A stretch of 64,000 nucleotides of DNA from a virus (lineage: Duplodnaviria; Caudoviricetes). The notes under the pieces were generated by a model that saw only the letters and a program-made list of their open reading frames with translations, did not search any database and was not told where the DNA came from. Location of the stretch: IMG/VR virus record IMGVR_UViG_3300048762_000252, positions 64,001 to 128,000 of that record; one strand, given 5' to 3'. How positions within the stretch are numbered: the first letter of the stretch is position 1; each line of letters begins with the position of its first letter. A program made the translations under genes and the position numbers. Positions 38,814 through 48,004 of this stretch are shown here, piece by piece.

Positions 38814-39608
38814 ATGGAAAAAGCACATCAACGAAAAATTAGAGAAGAGCAAGCACGCTACGATTCTCCGCTGGCAGAATGGCATGACATTGACACGTCT
38901 ATTCAAAACGGTATCGTTCATGAAATAGATTTCGATGTCGCAAAACCTATTATTCTCAAATACGAATGGCTTGGAAAATTGCGTGCCGGAATGCTACATG
39001 CTTTTGGCATATTTTTTGATGGTGTCATCGGCGGCGTTGTGATCTATGCCAATGACTACTCCGAAAATCTTGGTACCTGGGATGGCTACGGATACACGGG
39101 TAAGATTATTTGCTTGGCAAGAGGCACTTGTGTTCATTGGGCGCATGAACATACCGGCAGCAAGCTCATCAGACAGTCAATGAAGATGCTGCCCGACAAA
39201 TATAAAATAATTTCTTGCACCGTAGACGAAAATGCAGGAGAGATCGGTACGATTTATCAAGCATGTGGTTTCAACTACGTTGGAATCATGGGACCAGGAA
39301 AACGTGTCGTTTTTATAAAACCAAATGGTAACCAAATCTCTGAACGGACGGCTCGTGACCTATATGGCACAGGCAACATCAAACTGCTGGAAGAGAAGGG
39401 ACTGAAAGCAGAATATGTGAAACGCAAGGCTCGTTACTTCGCATTCCGTGGGTCCAAGAAAGAACAGAAGGAACTACGCAAAGCTATCGAGTCTCAAATA
39501 AAACCATATCCTAAACGGCAGCGGCATTCTGACGACGAGTTGCAGCAGCTTTGTGACCAGCCTGAACCATCGTCTCATGACGCTCCTGCTTCGCACGAAG
39601 ACGAGTAG
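38814..39608 (+). CDS. mom: Mom-family DNA adenine modification enzyme (GNAT fold)
   Basis: IILKYEWLG...FGIFF...GVVIY, LARG, SKLI..SMK, D..AGEIGTIYQACGFNYVG, K.RY, PYPK. Confidence 0.8.
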   Translation: MEKAHQRKIREEQARYDSPLAEWHDIDTSIQNGIVHEIDFDVAKPIILKYEWLGKLRAGMLHAFGIFFDGVIGGVVIYANDYSENLGTWDGYGYTGKIICLARGTCVHWAHEHTGSKLIRQSMKMLPDKYKIISCTVDENAGEIGTIYQACGFNYVGIMGPGKRVVFIKPNGNQISERTARDLYGTGNIKLLEEKGLKAEYVKRKARYFAFRGSKKEQKELRKAIESQIKPYPKRQRHSDDELQQLCDQPEPSSHDAPASHEDE

Positions 39609-39750
39609 CAGCGGCTTTGAAACCAGCACGGACCTGAGTGGTGTTTTTGCCTTCCGCAGCGGCGTGCGCTACGATGGCATTGATCTTCTTGGTGACAGCG
39701 GACTTGAGTCCCGGTGTCGTTGCGTTTATGAGTTGTTCTGCGATTGTCAT
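39511..39750 (-). CDS. small basic Ala-rich protein, paralog of the C-terminal domain of 39747-40697
   Basis: GKNTTQVRAGFKAAATR versus GKNPTMVIAGFKAAATR; AAGG RBS. Confidence 0.75.
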   Translation of the reverse strand: MTIAEQLINATTPGLKSAVTKKINAIVAHAAAEGKNTTQVRAGFKAAATRLRAKQERHETMVQAGHKAAATRRQNAAAV

Positions 39751-40697
39751 TGTGTTATACCTTCCTGTTGGTGAATTCGTGTAGCAGCCGCTTTAAATCC
39801 TGCAATCACCATTGTGGGATTCTTCCCATATGCGGCAGCAATTGCAGCTTCGTGGTTCATCTTCCGCCACACAGCCGATCTTTGAGCGGACGTGGTGGCA
39901 AAAGCAAGTTGACGAGAGATTGTGTTATAGTGTGTCATTTCGTGCGTGCTAATAACTTTTTCTATCGGTTCTGCGTTGAGCACATCTTGAATGACGGTAC
40001 GAACTGCATTCAGATTTCTGTCTTCTAGGCGATGTCCTGAGCGTACAATATTGGTACATCCCCATACCAACATCGGAGATCCATCGTTGTACGGTTCCAA
40101 TTTGTACGTAGCATCATAACCATCCAACAGATGAAGACGGATAAGTAAATACATCATACATGCCGCATTGCGGTAAGCTTCTGTCGATAGGTTTCGGAAT
40201 TCTCTCCGTTTCATGGTATCGAAAAATTCTCCAGTGCTGGTCTGCATGGCTTCCAGGAGACTTGGGTAGAATGGATTACCACGAAACGCCGGGGAACCTG
40301 TGATGAACACATTGGCATGAGGTTTAAGAGCCGGTAATAGAAACTTCGTGAACCATTGTACATCCACTCGCCGCATATTGCCTTGATAGTCCAAGTTGGC
40401 AAGGTCAAGAGAGCCGGAATTTAGCGGCACAGTCACCAGATCCCCAAAATAGGGTTCGACGGCAACGGAAAGTTCGGATAGCACTTTGCTCATTGCCAAG
40501 AAAGTATCAGCTTCACGTTCCACTGCAATCACACTGGAGTGGCTGTCAATTGTGTTCTGTTCAATAGCGTATTTGACATCTTCGCATTGAGCACTTGGTA
40601 GTGTCAACACTCTATCGAAGTGACGCTTACTTTTCCAGATAAGCGGTCTGACGATAGACGCCTTAGATGTTCGATTTGCCCAATTGATTGTTGCCAT
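39747..40697 (-). CDS. class I SAM-dependent methyltransferase-like protein
   Basis: VLTLPS, VIAVERE, GDL, SLDLANLDYQG Rossmann-like motifs. Confidence 0.6.
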   Translation of the reverse strand: MATINWANRTSKASIVRPLIWKSKRHFDRVLTLPSAQCEDVKYAIEQNTIDSHSSVIAVEREADTFLAMSKVLSELSVAVEPYFGDLVTVPLNSGSLDLANLDYQGNMRRVDVQWFTKFLLPALKPHANVFITGSPAFRGNPFYPSLLEAMQTSTGEFFDTMKRREFRNLSTEAYRNAACMMYLLIRLHLLDGYDATYKLEPYNDGSPMLVWGCTNIVRSGHRLEDRNLNAVRTVIQDVLNAEPIEKVISTHEMTHYNTISRQLAFATTSAQRSAVWRKMNHEAAIAAAYGKNPTMVIAGFKAAATRIHQQEGITQ

Positions 40698-40698
40698 G

Positions 40699-43128
40699 TT
40701 ATTGCACCAGCCCGTTGTATAGTGGCATCGGTTTTTCAATTACCATCGGAATCAGCGTAGAGCGTTTGTTTTTTTCGGTTGGGTTGAATTCTAAGTGAGT
40801 TTCTAGTTCTCGTTGTTCTCTCATGTAGTCAATTTTGGCGAGAGGAAGAGCGGTACCAACAACTCTAATATTAGAATAGTTAAACCACTCTTGCGCTTCC
40901 AATTCAGCCTTTGTGAGCTTGTTCTTTTTGCCTTTGCCGTTACCGAATAACTGGGAGCGAAGGACGCCACAAGTGATTCCTACTTCACCTTTAGGAGAGT
41001 ACTTACCATCTGCCTGACTGATAGTGTACAATTGGTCGGCGTTGCGCCCACCAAAATTCTTGTACTTCATATTGTCACTTAGATGCCAGATGAGAGAATT
41101 TTTGGTTTCCCCATTGTTCTTAGCTTTTCCAGCAGGATCATGAATCCCGTGAAATGTTGCCTTTGTACCATGACGAAAAGACCAATCTTTCCCGGCAAAG
41201 CGATGTTCACCAGCCCGGTTTTTACTTTCCACTTCTTGTCCAATGCTTGCAATTGATAGACCAGTTACGTCAGCCACATGTTTCCGCATTATAGCATCAA
41301 GCACGGAGTTTGAGAAATAATTCGCCGTATCTTCTACATTACCGATAACATTTTTGTCACTTTGTAATCTAGCCGTGAGCGAAGAGAACAAAAACGTTAC
41401 CATCGGGTCGTGTGTCCATTCTTCATTCCACAGAAGGCAGTTGCTATGATTGGAATAGAGCGACTTACCATTTTCCAAAACCCATGCCAGACGACGAGCC
41501 GGACAACGATCTTCTTCGTAGCACACACCTTTATCTTGAATAGTCTTGTGAATTTCGTAAGATCTGTTCGTCAACAACAGCCGAGTGCGTGCAGTCTTGT
41601 ATCCACTCAGGCGTGCGGCGAAGCTCTGTTTGACTGACTCATCACCTTTATTTGCCGGAGCAAGATCAATGGCGATGTCAATCAACTTGTGATACCGATG
41701 AGCCATTTTGCAGCGGTCTACAATAATGGTAATGACCTTCATACCTTTCATGTAGTAATAATCTTGAATGTCTCTGATAGACCTAAACTTTTTATGCTGC
41801 GCCACAACCTTGGGATCTCCAAGATTTATAACAGCAATTTCTGGATTGTTGTTTATAACAGCAGAAAGTTCTTGACAAGCCCGCATTTCTTCTTTGGGTT
41901 GTTTCCGGTCCACACGAATCATAATAATGTCGTTGTCAACCATCATCCGCTTAATAACACGCTTCAACAACAGTAGATGCTTGCGTCCATAAGGACCATC
42001 TTCTTCGGCATCGTTACCGGTTTCTACCTGATTACGATAGTATTCCGGCTCTAAGGTTTCTTTTGGACCAAGACCATACTTTGCACGGCACTCTTCGTCC
42101 ACGATACAGAGCGGAAGCCGATGATGTGTTTTTAACGCACCGGGCATGAAACGATAAATTACTCTTCCTTCTGACAAACATTCGCCCGTCTTTTTGTTGA
42201 TATCTCCTATGAAAAATGATTGATAACCGGGATCAATCCATCCCGCTATGTGATGGATAAGTCCATAAACTTTGGGTTGCAAGAACTCTGTAGGTGTGGC
42301 GTCTACGGCAACGAGTGTATGCTCTACATTTAAATCACGAATCTTGTTCTGAAGCTTGGACCAGATGCCGTTTTCTGCGCTGCCATAATGTGGTTCATCC
42401 AATGCAGCGAATACGCTATAATCTGCCCCAACGCACAATTTTTTTATCAGTGCGTCAAATGCTCCAAGCACTATCGTGTTCGTATCTTTGACCATTCTGT
42501 CCGCAGCAAATTGGTGCGTTCTTTGAACAACTCGATCAAATTGATTTGGAGATCCAATGTGAAGTTTGTTGCGGTAGTAGTCAATGACTTTGTATTTTTT
42601 GCGCTGATAAACCACGGAGAGACATGACATCAAGGCCGCACGAAGCCGAATCTCATCGAACATGGTTTTTTCGTGCTTCTCAAGATTTGGAATGATGGCG
42701 ATTGGATAAACTGTCTTTTTCTTCCCATTATTCAACCACTCCAACATTGGGTAAATGGTTAGAAGAATTTGTTGAATAGCGCTTTTTGTGCTCTGTGTGG
42801 GCGACGTAATAAGATGCAATGGCTTCTCTTTGTAATCGTCGTATTTATCCGCAAGAAGACACTTCATAGCGTCACTGAGGGTACGAGTGCCACCAGGATA
42901 CGGAACGCCATGGTTATCATCAATATCATATCCACCACAAAGAACATCATCTTCGCATTCCGGGAGGACCCCCGAAAACTCCAGTTTAAAGCCTGGAAGA
43001 ATCAACTGTTTACAAAACCTTTTGAGAGCCTTCGTCACTGCACGAATTCTGTAGCGACGAATTTGCCTAGAAAGCTGCGAAAGGGTGAGCGCCGATGCGC
43101 TCAGTTCGTAATTGTTTGAATCGTCCAT
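40699..43128 (-). CDS. SF2 helicase-like ATPase
   Basis: SPTQSTKS (motif I-like), LDEPH (II), DATP (III), QSFAARLSGY (VI). Confidence 0.7.
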   Translation of the reverse strand: MDDSNNYELSASALTLSQLSRQIRRYRIRAVTKALKRFCKQLILPGFKLEFSGVLPECEDDVLCGGYDIDDNHGVPYPGGTRTLSDAMKCLLADKYDDYKEKPLHLITSPTQSTKSAIQQILLTIYPMLEWLNNGKKKTVYPIAIIPNLEKHEKTMFDEIRLRAALMSCLSVVYQRKKYKVIDYYRNKLHIGSPNQFDRVVQRTHQFAADRMVKDTNTIVLGAFDALIKKLCVGADYSVFAALDEPHYGSAENGIWSKLQNKIRDLNVEHTLVAVDATPTEFLQPKVYGLIHHIAGWIDPGYQSFFIGDINKKTGECLSEGRVIYRFMPGALKTHHRLPLCIVDEECRAKYGLGPKETLEPEYYRNQVETGNDAEEDGPYGRKHLLLLKRVIKRMMVDNDIIMIRVDRKQPKEEMRACQELSAVINNNPEIAVINLGDPKVVAQHKKFRSIRDIQDYYYMKGMKVITIIVDRCKMAHRYHKLIDIAIDLAPANKGDESVKQSFAARLSGYKTARTRLLLTNRSYEIHKTIQDKGVCYEEDRCPARRLAWVLENGKSLYSNHSNCLLWNEEWTHDPMVTFLFSSLTARLQSDKNVIGNVEDTANYFSNSVLDAIMRKHVADVTGLSIASIGQEVESKNRAGEHRFAGKDWSFRHGTKATFHGIHDPAGKAKNNGETKNSLIWHLSDNMKYKNFGGRNADQLYTISQADGKYSPKGEVGITCGVLRSQLFGNGKGKKNKLTKAELEAQEWFNYSNIRVVGTALPLAKIDYMREQRELETHLEFNPTEKNKRSTLIPMVIEKPMPLYNGLVQ

Positions 43129-43135
43129 CACCTAT

Positions 43136-43228
43136 AGCATAGCAAACAACTGCCGGTGCTGTCAATAGATGCACCTTCAATATTTTTTTAAATTGCTATT
43201 GACAAAGTAGATACATCTATGGTACTAT
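43136..43228. promoter_or_regulatory. divergent sigma70-type promoters
   Basis: minus: TTGACA-18-TATGCT-7nt-ATG; plus: TTGACA-18-TACTAT. Confidence 0.7.
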
Positions 43229-43248
43229 GAAGATAAGGAAAAGAAAAT

Positions 43249-43780
43249 ATGCCCCATTACGAGTATAAGAAAACGCCGGTCATTGTGTTTGAAGAAGGCT
43301 CCAAGCTCACGCAGGTGTGCTATGTTGGAGCAGACCCGGAATTTCCAGATGTTTTCTGAGTAGACACGAGCAAAATCAAGCTAGTGCTTTCCAAAGAAGA
43401 GAAATTTCAGAAAAAACTGCGAAGCCAACTTGACATCATTGAAGCGTCTGACGTTTCGTACCAAGTGGCGGGGCATTTAGCATCTCACCCATCGAAATTC
43501 AATATTTCTTACCCACCGAGTCAACGAGACCTAGCTGTCGATAGCATCATGAAGTAAGTATGGGGTAAATTTAACCGACGAAATCCTTACGGAGTCTACC
43601 GATGCCAAGCAAGGTTGGTCATGTTCTGTTGTAACAAGCGACCACGGATTAACCCAACAATTACTAGAGCAAACAGCAGTCAACTCCACTCGGTATTTTG
43701 ACACGAGTAAGGTATCAATGCACGCTCGTGAATTCGTCCTCGGATTTCTCGGCGGCGTACTGAAATTCAGTTCAGTGTAA
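43249..43780 (+). pseudogene. disrupted hypothetical gene
   Basis: promoter and AAGGA RBS; in-frame TGA at 43357 and AAGT duplication near 43551; repairing both gives about 175 codons. Confidence 0.65.
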
Positions 43781-43888
43781 AGAATCAGAACATCGAAGAA
43801 ATCCGTTCGCATGTGCCTTCGGAATTTCTGGCAGCATTTGATACTGGGGTTCTCGCCACAGCTTGAAAAGTTTCAATATTGAAAACTT

Positions 43889-44788
43889 TCAAGTAACATA
43901 CATCGTCTTTCCAAATTTTTTCGCCATATCCAGCAAATCTTGGATCGACAAATTCACTCGGTATGTATTCACAGAGTAGTGCGGGTCACGATTGAGAATC
44001 GCCAGCCAACGGTGGTGTCCATCGAACACATAGTTGTCCTTTGAGACGATGAACGGCTTCGTAGAGAGCGCCGTAGAGTTCTGAAGTGCTGACACCTTCT
44101 CATGATCCACATCTTCTTGACCTTGAGCACTCCGAAGCAAAGCCACGGGCATAGAAAGATATTGAACCGTGACGCCTTGATTTTCAAGCCAGTCAATGAA
44201 CTCCATCGTATTAGCGGCTGTAATCTGTGGCATTTTTTCTCGTGGCATATTCAGACTTGTCTGCGGCACATAGATGCCGGGACCGCCGCCAAGCGTCATG
44301 TCTCCAATCGTGTACTCGTTGATTGAAGTGTGCGTATCATTCGTTTCTATTTTACTCTCTTCACCCTGCAACACCATGAATGTCGGTGGTGGCTTCAATT
44401 CGGTGTAATCATACTCTATTGGCACTTTATAGGACAGCGTGATGTGTGGGATGAATGTGGGAAATCTGCTCTTGCCGCCCAGGTTCATAGCACGTTGCCA
44501 TTGATCCACCAATGGATCGGATTGAAACTGAACAGTCAATGCTTCATTCATTATGACGATTTTGAATGTCGCCGGATAAATCATGACTGGAGTAGGGTCT
44601 ACTGTGTATCCGGGTATGACAATTTCAGATTGAATAATTGTGCAATGTAATTCGCTGATTGGAAGTGGATTTGGAATGCGGTTCTCTCGCATCCAGCCAT
44701 AAAGAAATTCTGAGCTTTGTTGATTCAATCTTCGGAATGTGTATAGCCCAACGGAGTTTTCCGTTAGGAATTGCATGTATGTTTTCAC
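43889..44788 (-). CDS. acb1: anti-CBASS 2H phosphodiesterase Acb1 (T4 57B-like) fused to a ParB/Srx-like domain
   Basis: GLY...IPNP...LHCTI and FIPHITLSY 2H motifs; IVSKDNYVFDGHHRW ParB motif; MKTYMQFLTE N-terminus. Confidence 0.85.
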   Translation of the reverse strand: MKTYMQFLTENSVGLYTFRRLNQQSSEFLYGWMRENRIPNPLPISELHCTIIQSEIVIPGYTVDPTPVMIYPATFKIVIMNEALTVQFQSDPLVDQWQRAMNLGGKSRFPTFIPHITLSYKVPIEYDYTELKPPPTFMVLQGEESKIETNDTHTSINEYTIGDMTLGGGPGIYVPQTSLNMPREKMPQITAANTMEFIDWLENQGVTVQYLSMPVALLRSAQGQEDVDHEKVSALQNSTALSTKPFIVSKDNYVFDGHHRWLAILNRDPHYSVNTYRVNLSIQDLLDMAKKFGKTMYVT

Positions 44789-44801
44789 TATACGAAAGTC
44801 T

Positions 44802-45185
44802 CTAACTATTTAGAGTCCTTTCTCCGATGTTGATAATGGCCGGATTCAATACTCCACCATTTTCGTTGGCATCGTCGCCTTCAGTTCCGATTTGACATTC
44901 ATGATTGTGCCAACGACGAAGTGTTTCACCATGCTCCCAAAAATGAGCTAACGCAGAAACAGCACACCCGTACATAAATCCAGTAATCCCATCGGTGTCT
45001 GTTGTATGACTTGTTTCATCAGCAATACTGGGAATTTCACAACCGTCTGCAACTTTTTCTTCCATCAAATTGGCCCAACGTTCGGTGTAATCAATAACAA
45101 CCTTGCTGTAACCATCATGAGAATTAATCTCAACATAGTCAGCATATTCTTGTTCTTTTCCTGGTATGATTTTCATTGTTTCCAT
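44802..45185 (-). CDS. conserved phage hypothetical protein
   Basis: GITGFMYGCAVSAL...W.HGE.LRRWHN. Confidence 0.7.
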   Translation of the reverse strand: METMKIIPGKEQEYADYVEINSHDGYSKVVIDYTERWANLMEEKVADGCEIPSIADETSHTTDTDGITGFMYGCAVSALAHFWEHGETLRRWHNHECQIGTEGDDANENGGVLNPAIINIGERTLNS

Positions 45186-45646
45186 CCTAACTGTCTGTAT
45201 TTCACTGGAATATTTTTCTTGTAAGAATCTTCAATTCCCATTTGCATACCTGGACTAATACCCAAGTCTTCATAGACTACGGTGTAGTCACTCGCTTCAC
45301 GAAATCGGAATCCAGCTTGAATACCACGTTCTCGTTCTTCTGGAATAGTATCATCAAGACCTTGTGTATAAAGTCCATGACTTGCGAATGGAGCTTCTCC
45401 ACGCATAAGAGAATCATGTATGGCCGCACGTAAATAGGCGAGGTTGTTCTCTACATCGCCAGCATATGGACTTTCTATGATTACGATAGGAACATATGGT
45501 TTTTCTTCTGAAAATATTTCTTTTTCTGAAAACAAAGGTTGTAAAAAATTCACCACTCGCCACTTGATTTCCATTTCTTCGCATTCGGCGTCACCACATG
45601 TACCTTTACAGCGTGGTCTTTTTATCTCTTCACTCATTGTTTCCAC
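45173..45646 (-). CDS. nucleoside deoxyribosyltransferase-like fold protein
   Basis: VIIESPYAGD...RGEAPFASH.LYTQ...DLGISPGM. Confidence 0.65.
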   Translation of the reverse strand: METMSEEIKRPRCKGTCGDAECEEMEIKWRVVNFLQPLFSEKEIFSEEKPYVPIVIIESPYAGDVENNLAYLRAAIHDSLMRGEAPFASHGLYTQGLDDTIPEERERGIQAGFRFREASDYTVVYEDLGISPGMQMGIEDSYKKNIPVKYRQLGWKQ

Positions 45647-45788
45647 TCTTCTTCAGCCATTTCATAAATCGAGTACACTTTAATCGTCTTTGGATCAATA
45701 TTCTTTTCTTTGATCCACACATTCAAAGCGTACAGAGAAGCAAATCCCCATTGGTCATCTTCAAGTTCAACTTGATACTTTGGTAGTC

Positions 45789-46370
45789 TCATTTTTCATC
45801 AAGCCAATGTAAGTAGGTCAACAATTGGTATGAGCTATCACTTACTGGATGCTCTACAGAATACGGCCAGGGCCACAAAGATGGAAACATCGTCAAACGA
45901 CCCTTGCGAGGTTTGATTTTCACATTTGGATGTGGAAAGAAAATTTCACCACCTTCAGCATCATTTAAAAACCAACACAAAGCCAAATACCGCCGGGCGC
46001 TTGAATGACTGTTGACATCAGTATGATAAGCAAAGTAATCTTTCGAGTCCGGTCCACCACGATATTTTTTCACACGAAATACTTCACAACCAATTTGCGC
46101 CGGGAAGGTTCGAACTGGCAGTTCCGCTTGATACTTACTCACTGCAAGCTCTGTAATCTTCATAAGAACCGGCTGAAGCGATTCTTGAAAGCCTTGAACT
46201 TTGGAGAGATTCAATTCTAGGTGAGAACGAACCATTAATTTTCCATCTGATGTATGCTCAATCTCTTCAGTAACATCTGGTGATTGATCAAATTGAGCGA
46301 TTAATCCATTGCAAAGATCATCGGGCAATGCATTCTCGTATACCTTAATATAGTCACAAATGAAACTCAT
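45789..46370 (-). CDS. 2OG-Fe(II) oxygenase-like protein (distal His apparently replaced)
   Basis: YHTD, LND.EGGE..F, FPSLWPWPY. Confidence 0.75.
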   Translation of the reverse strand: MSFICDYIKVYENALPDDLCNGLIAQFDQSPDVTEEIEHTSDGKLMVRSHLELNLSKVQGFQESLQPVLMKITELAVSKYQAELPVRTFPAQIGCEVFRVKKYRGGPDSKDYFAYHTDVNSHSSARRYLALCWFLNDAEGGEIFFPHPNVKIKPRKGRLTMFPSLWPWPYSVEHPVSDSSYQLLTYLHWLDEK

Positions 46371-46372
46371 AT

Positions 46373-48004
46373 TTATCCACTAACCTTATGCTTTTTCTTT
46401 TCTCGTTCCAATCGTTCCCTTTCATGAAAAGGACTCTCTGCAATGCGTTTCGGTTGGAACCCCAATGTTTCGCTCTTGATAGATTCCCGGCGTCTTTCAG
46501 CTTCGTCTTCGAGTGAATTAAACGACCGATCCTTTGTAGGTAGGTCGATATCAAACACAGCAGGCATTGATGGTTCTATAGTTTCTGTATCATCTATGGT
46601 ATCTGATTCGTCGCCCATCAATACAGACTTCTCTGCGGCAGGAGAAACATACGGTTCATCTGCTTCCTGACCGTTTTGTGCAGATTCTTCTACATTGAAT
46701 AACTTCTGTTTGCTGCGATCAATGCCCACGGCAAACTTTGACATGATTTTGCCAGTCTCTTTATTCCGCATATGAATGTCGCCGTAACGATTTTTGAGAA
46801 TCTTAACAAGCAACTGATTCAAACCAGCTAACTCTTCACTATTGACAAGAACAAATGCAAAATCTGCTGTAGCTGCTAGGCCGAAACTTTCTGATATGTT
46901 AGTCAAATCTGGATCACTGCTTGCAAATCCGGCTCGATTCAATTGGGTAGCGCTCCATATCGGGAGATTTTGTTCAACAGCCAATCCACGAAGTTCTTCC
47001 GCAATACCCTTAACCATTTCATACATTCCGGCGCTGGCCTTCACACGGTTTGAAGCGCAAATGTTCAAATAATCAATGAAAATCACATCTGGTTTGAATT
47101 GTTTTTTGAGGTTCAATTCGCTCAATAAAAACCGAAAATGACCCACATGTGCCGATGCAGTTGGATATTCTTTGATAATGAGTCTTCCACCATTCGCACG
47201 CTGATTGATCTTGACAATTTGCTTCATGAACAATTCTTTCGACATGAATGGCAGATCGTCCACAGGCCGGTTCATCATATTTGCATCAATGCGTTCTGCA
47301 ATACGCTCTTCCGCCATTTCTAAAGTGATGTACAAGACATTCTTACTTTGACCAAGATAATTCGCAGCCAAATCACACATGAAGAGCGATTTGCCTACAT
47401 TCGTTCCGGCCATTACAATGTTCAATGTTTTATTCGGCACGCCATTTTTGGTGATCTTATTAAAATAATGTAGATGAAATGGAATTCGAGCGTCCACTTT
47501 ATGATAAAACTCGTACCGAGTCTCCGCATCATCCAAATAGTCATGACCAATGTGTGGATCAAATGAGACCGCTAGTGCATCTTGTAGCATCTTCGGAATC
47601 ATGCCCCGTGACGTGTTCTTTTCTTTACCATCCAAGATAGCAATGACTTCAATGACAGCGATATGAATAGCCTGTTCCTGACACCATTCTTCGGTACGTG
47701 CAGTCAGCCAATCTGAATTGGGTACATCATCCTTTTCTTCTTCTAATGCGTTCAGGTAAGTAACATACGCATCCAAATCATCCTGGTCGATTCCTTGTGT
47801 GTTACTTAAGTCGATAATGATGGATTCTTTTGTAGGTAGTGTGTTGTACTTGTCGATGAATTCCTTCATCTTTCGGAAGAGGATTTTTTCCACCTTATCC
47901 GGTGTGATAAAGTATTCTTCCTTGATGAATGGCAACACCCGACGCATATAATTCTCGTCGTACATGATGCCTTTAAGTATAACCATTTCTATTCTGTCGC
48001 TCAT
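46373..48004 (-). CDS. 41: replicative DNA helicase (T4 gp41-like)
   Basis: AGTNVGKS, LEMAEE, IDYLNIC, SATQLNR, SESFG, KNRY. Confidence 0.95.
   Translation of the reverse strand: MSDRIEMVILKGIMYDENYMRRVLPFIKEEYFITPDKVEKILFRKMKEFIDKYNTLPTKESIIIDLSNTQGIDQDDLDAYVTYLNALEEEKDDVPNSDWLTARTEEWCQEQAIHIAVIEVIAILDGKEKNTSRGMIPKMLQDALAVSFDPHIGHDYLDDAETRYEFYHKVDARIPFHLHYFNKITKNGVPNKTLNIVMAGTNVGKSLFMCDLAANYLGQSKNVLYITLEMAEERIAERIDANMMNRPVDDLPFMSKELFMKQIVKINQRANGGRLIIKEYPTASAHVGHFRFLLSELNLKKQFKPDVIFIDYLNICASNRVKASAGMYEMVKGIAEELRGLAVEQNLPIWSATQLNRAGFASSDPDLTNISESFGLAATADFAFVLVNSEELAGLNQLLVKILKNRYGDIHMRNKETGKIMSKFAVGIDRSKQKLFNVEESAQNGQEADEPYVSPAAEKSVLMGDESDTIDDTETIEPSMPAVFDIDLPTKDRSFNSLEDEAERRRESIKSETLGFQPKRIAESPFHERERLEREKKKHKVSG

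Noticed and set aside
43357-43359. Alternative genetic code (TGA read-through)
   Set aside because: Core genes are intact under the standard code and use TGA, TAG and TAA as stops; this gene also has a frameshift.
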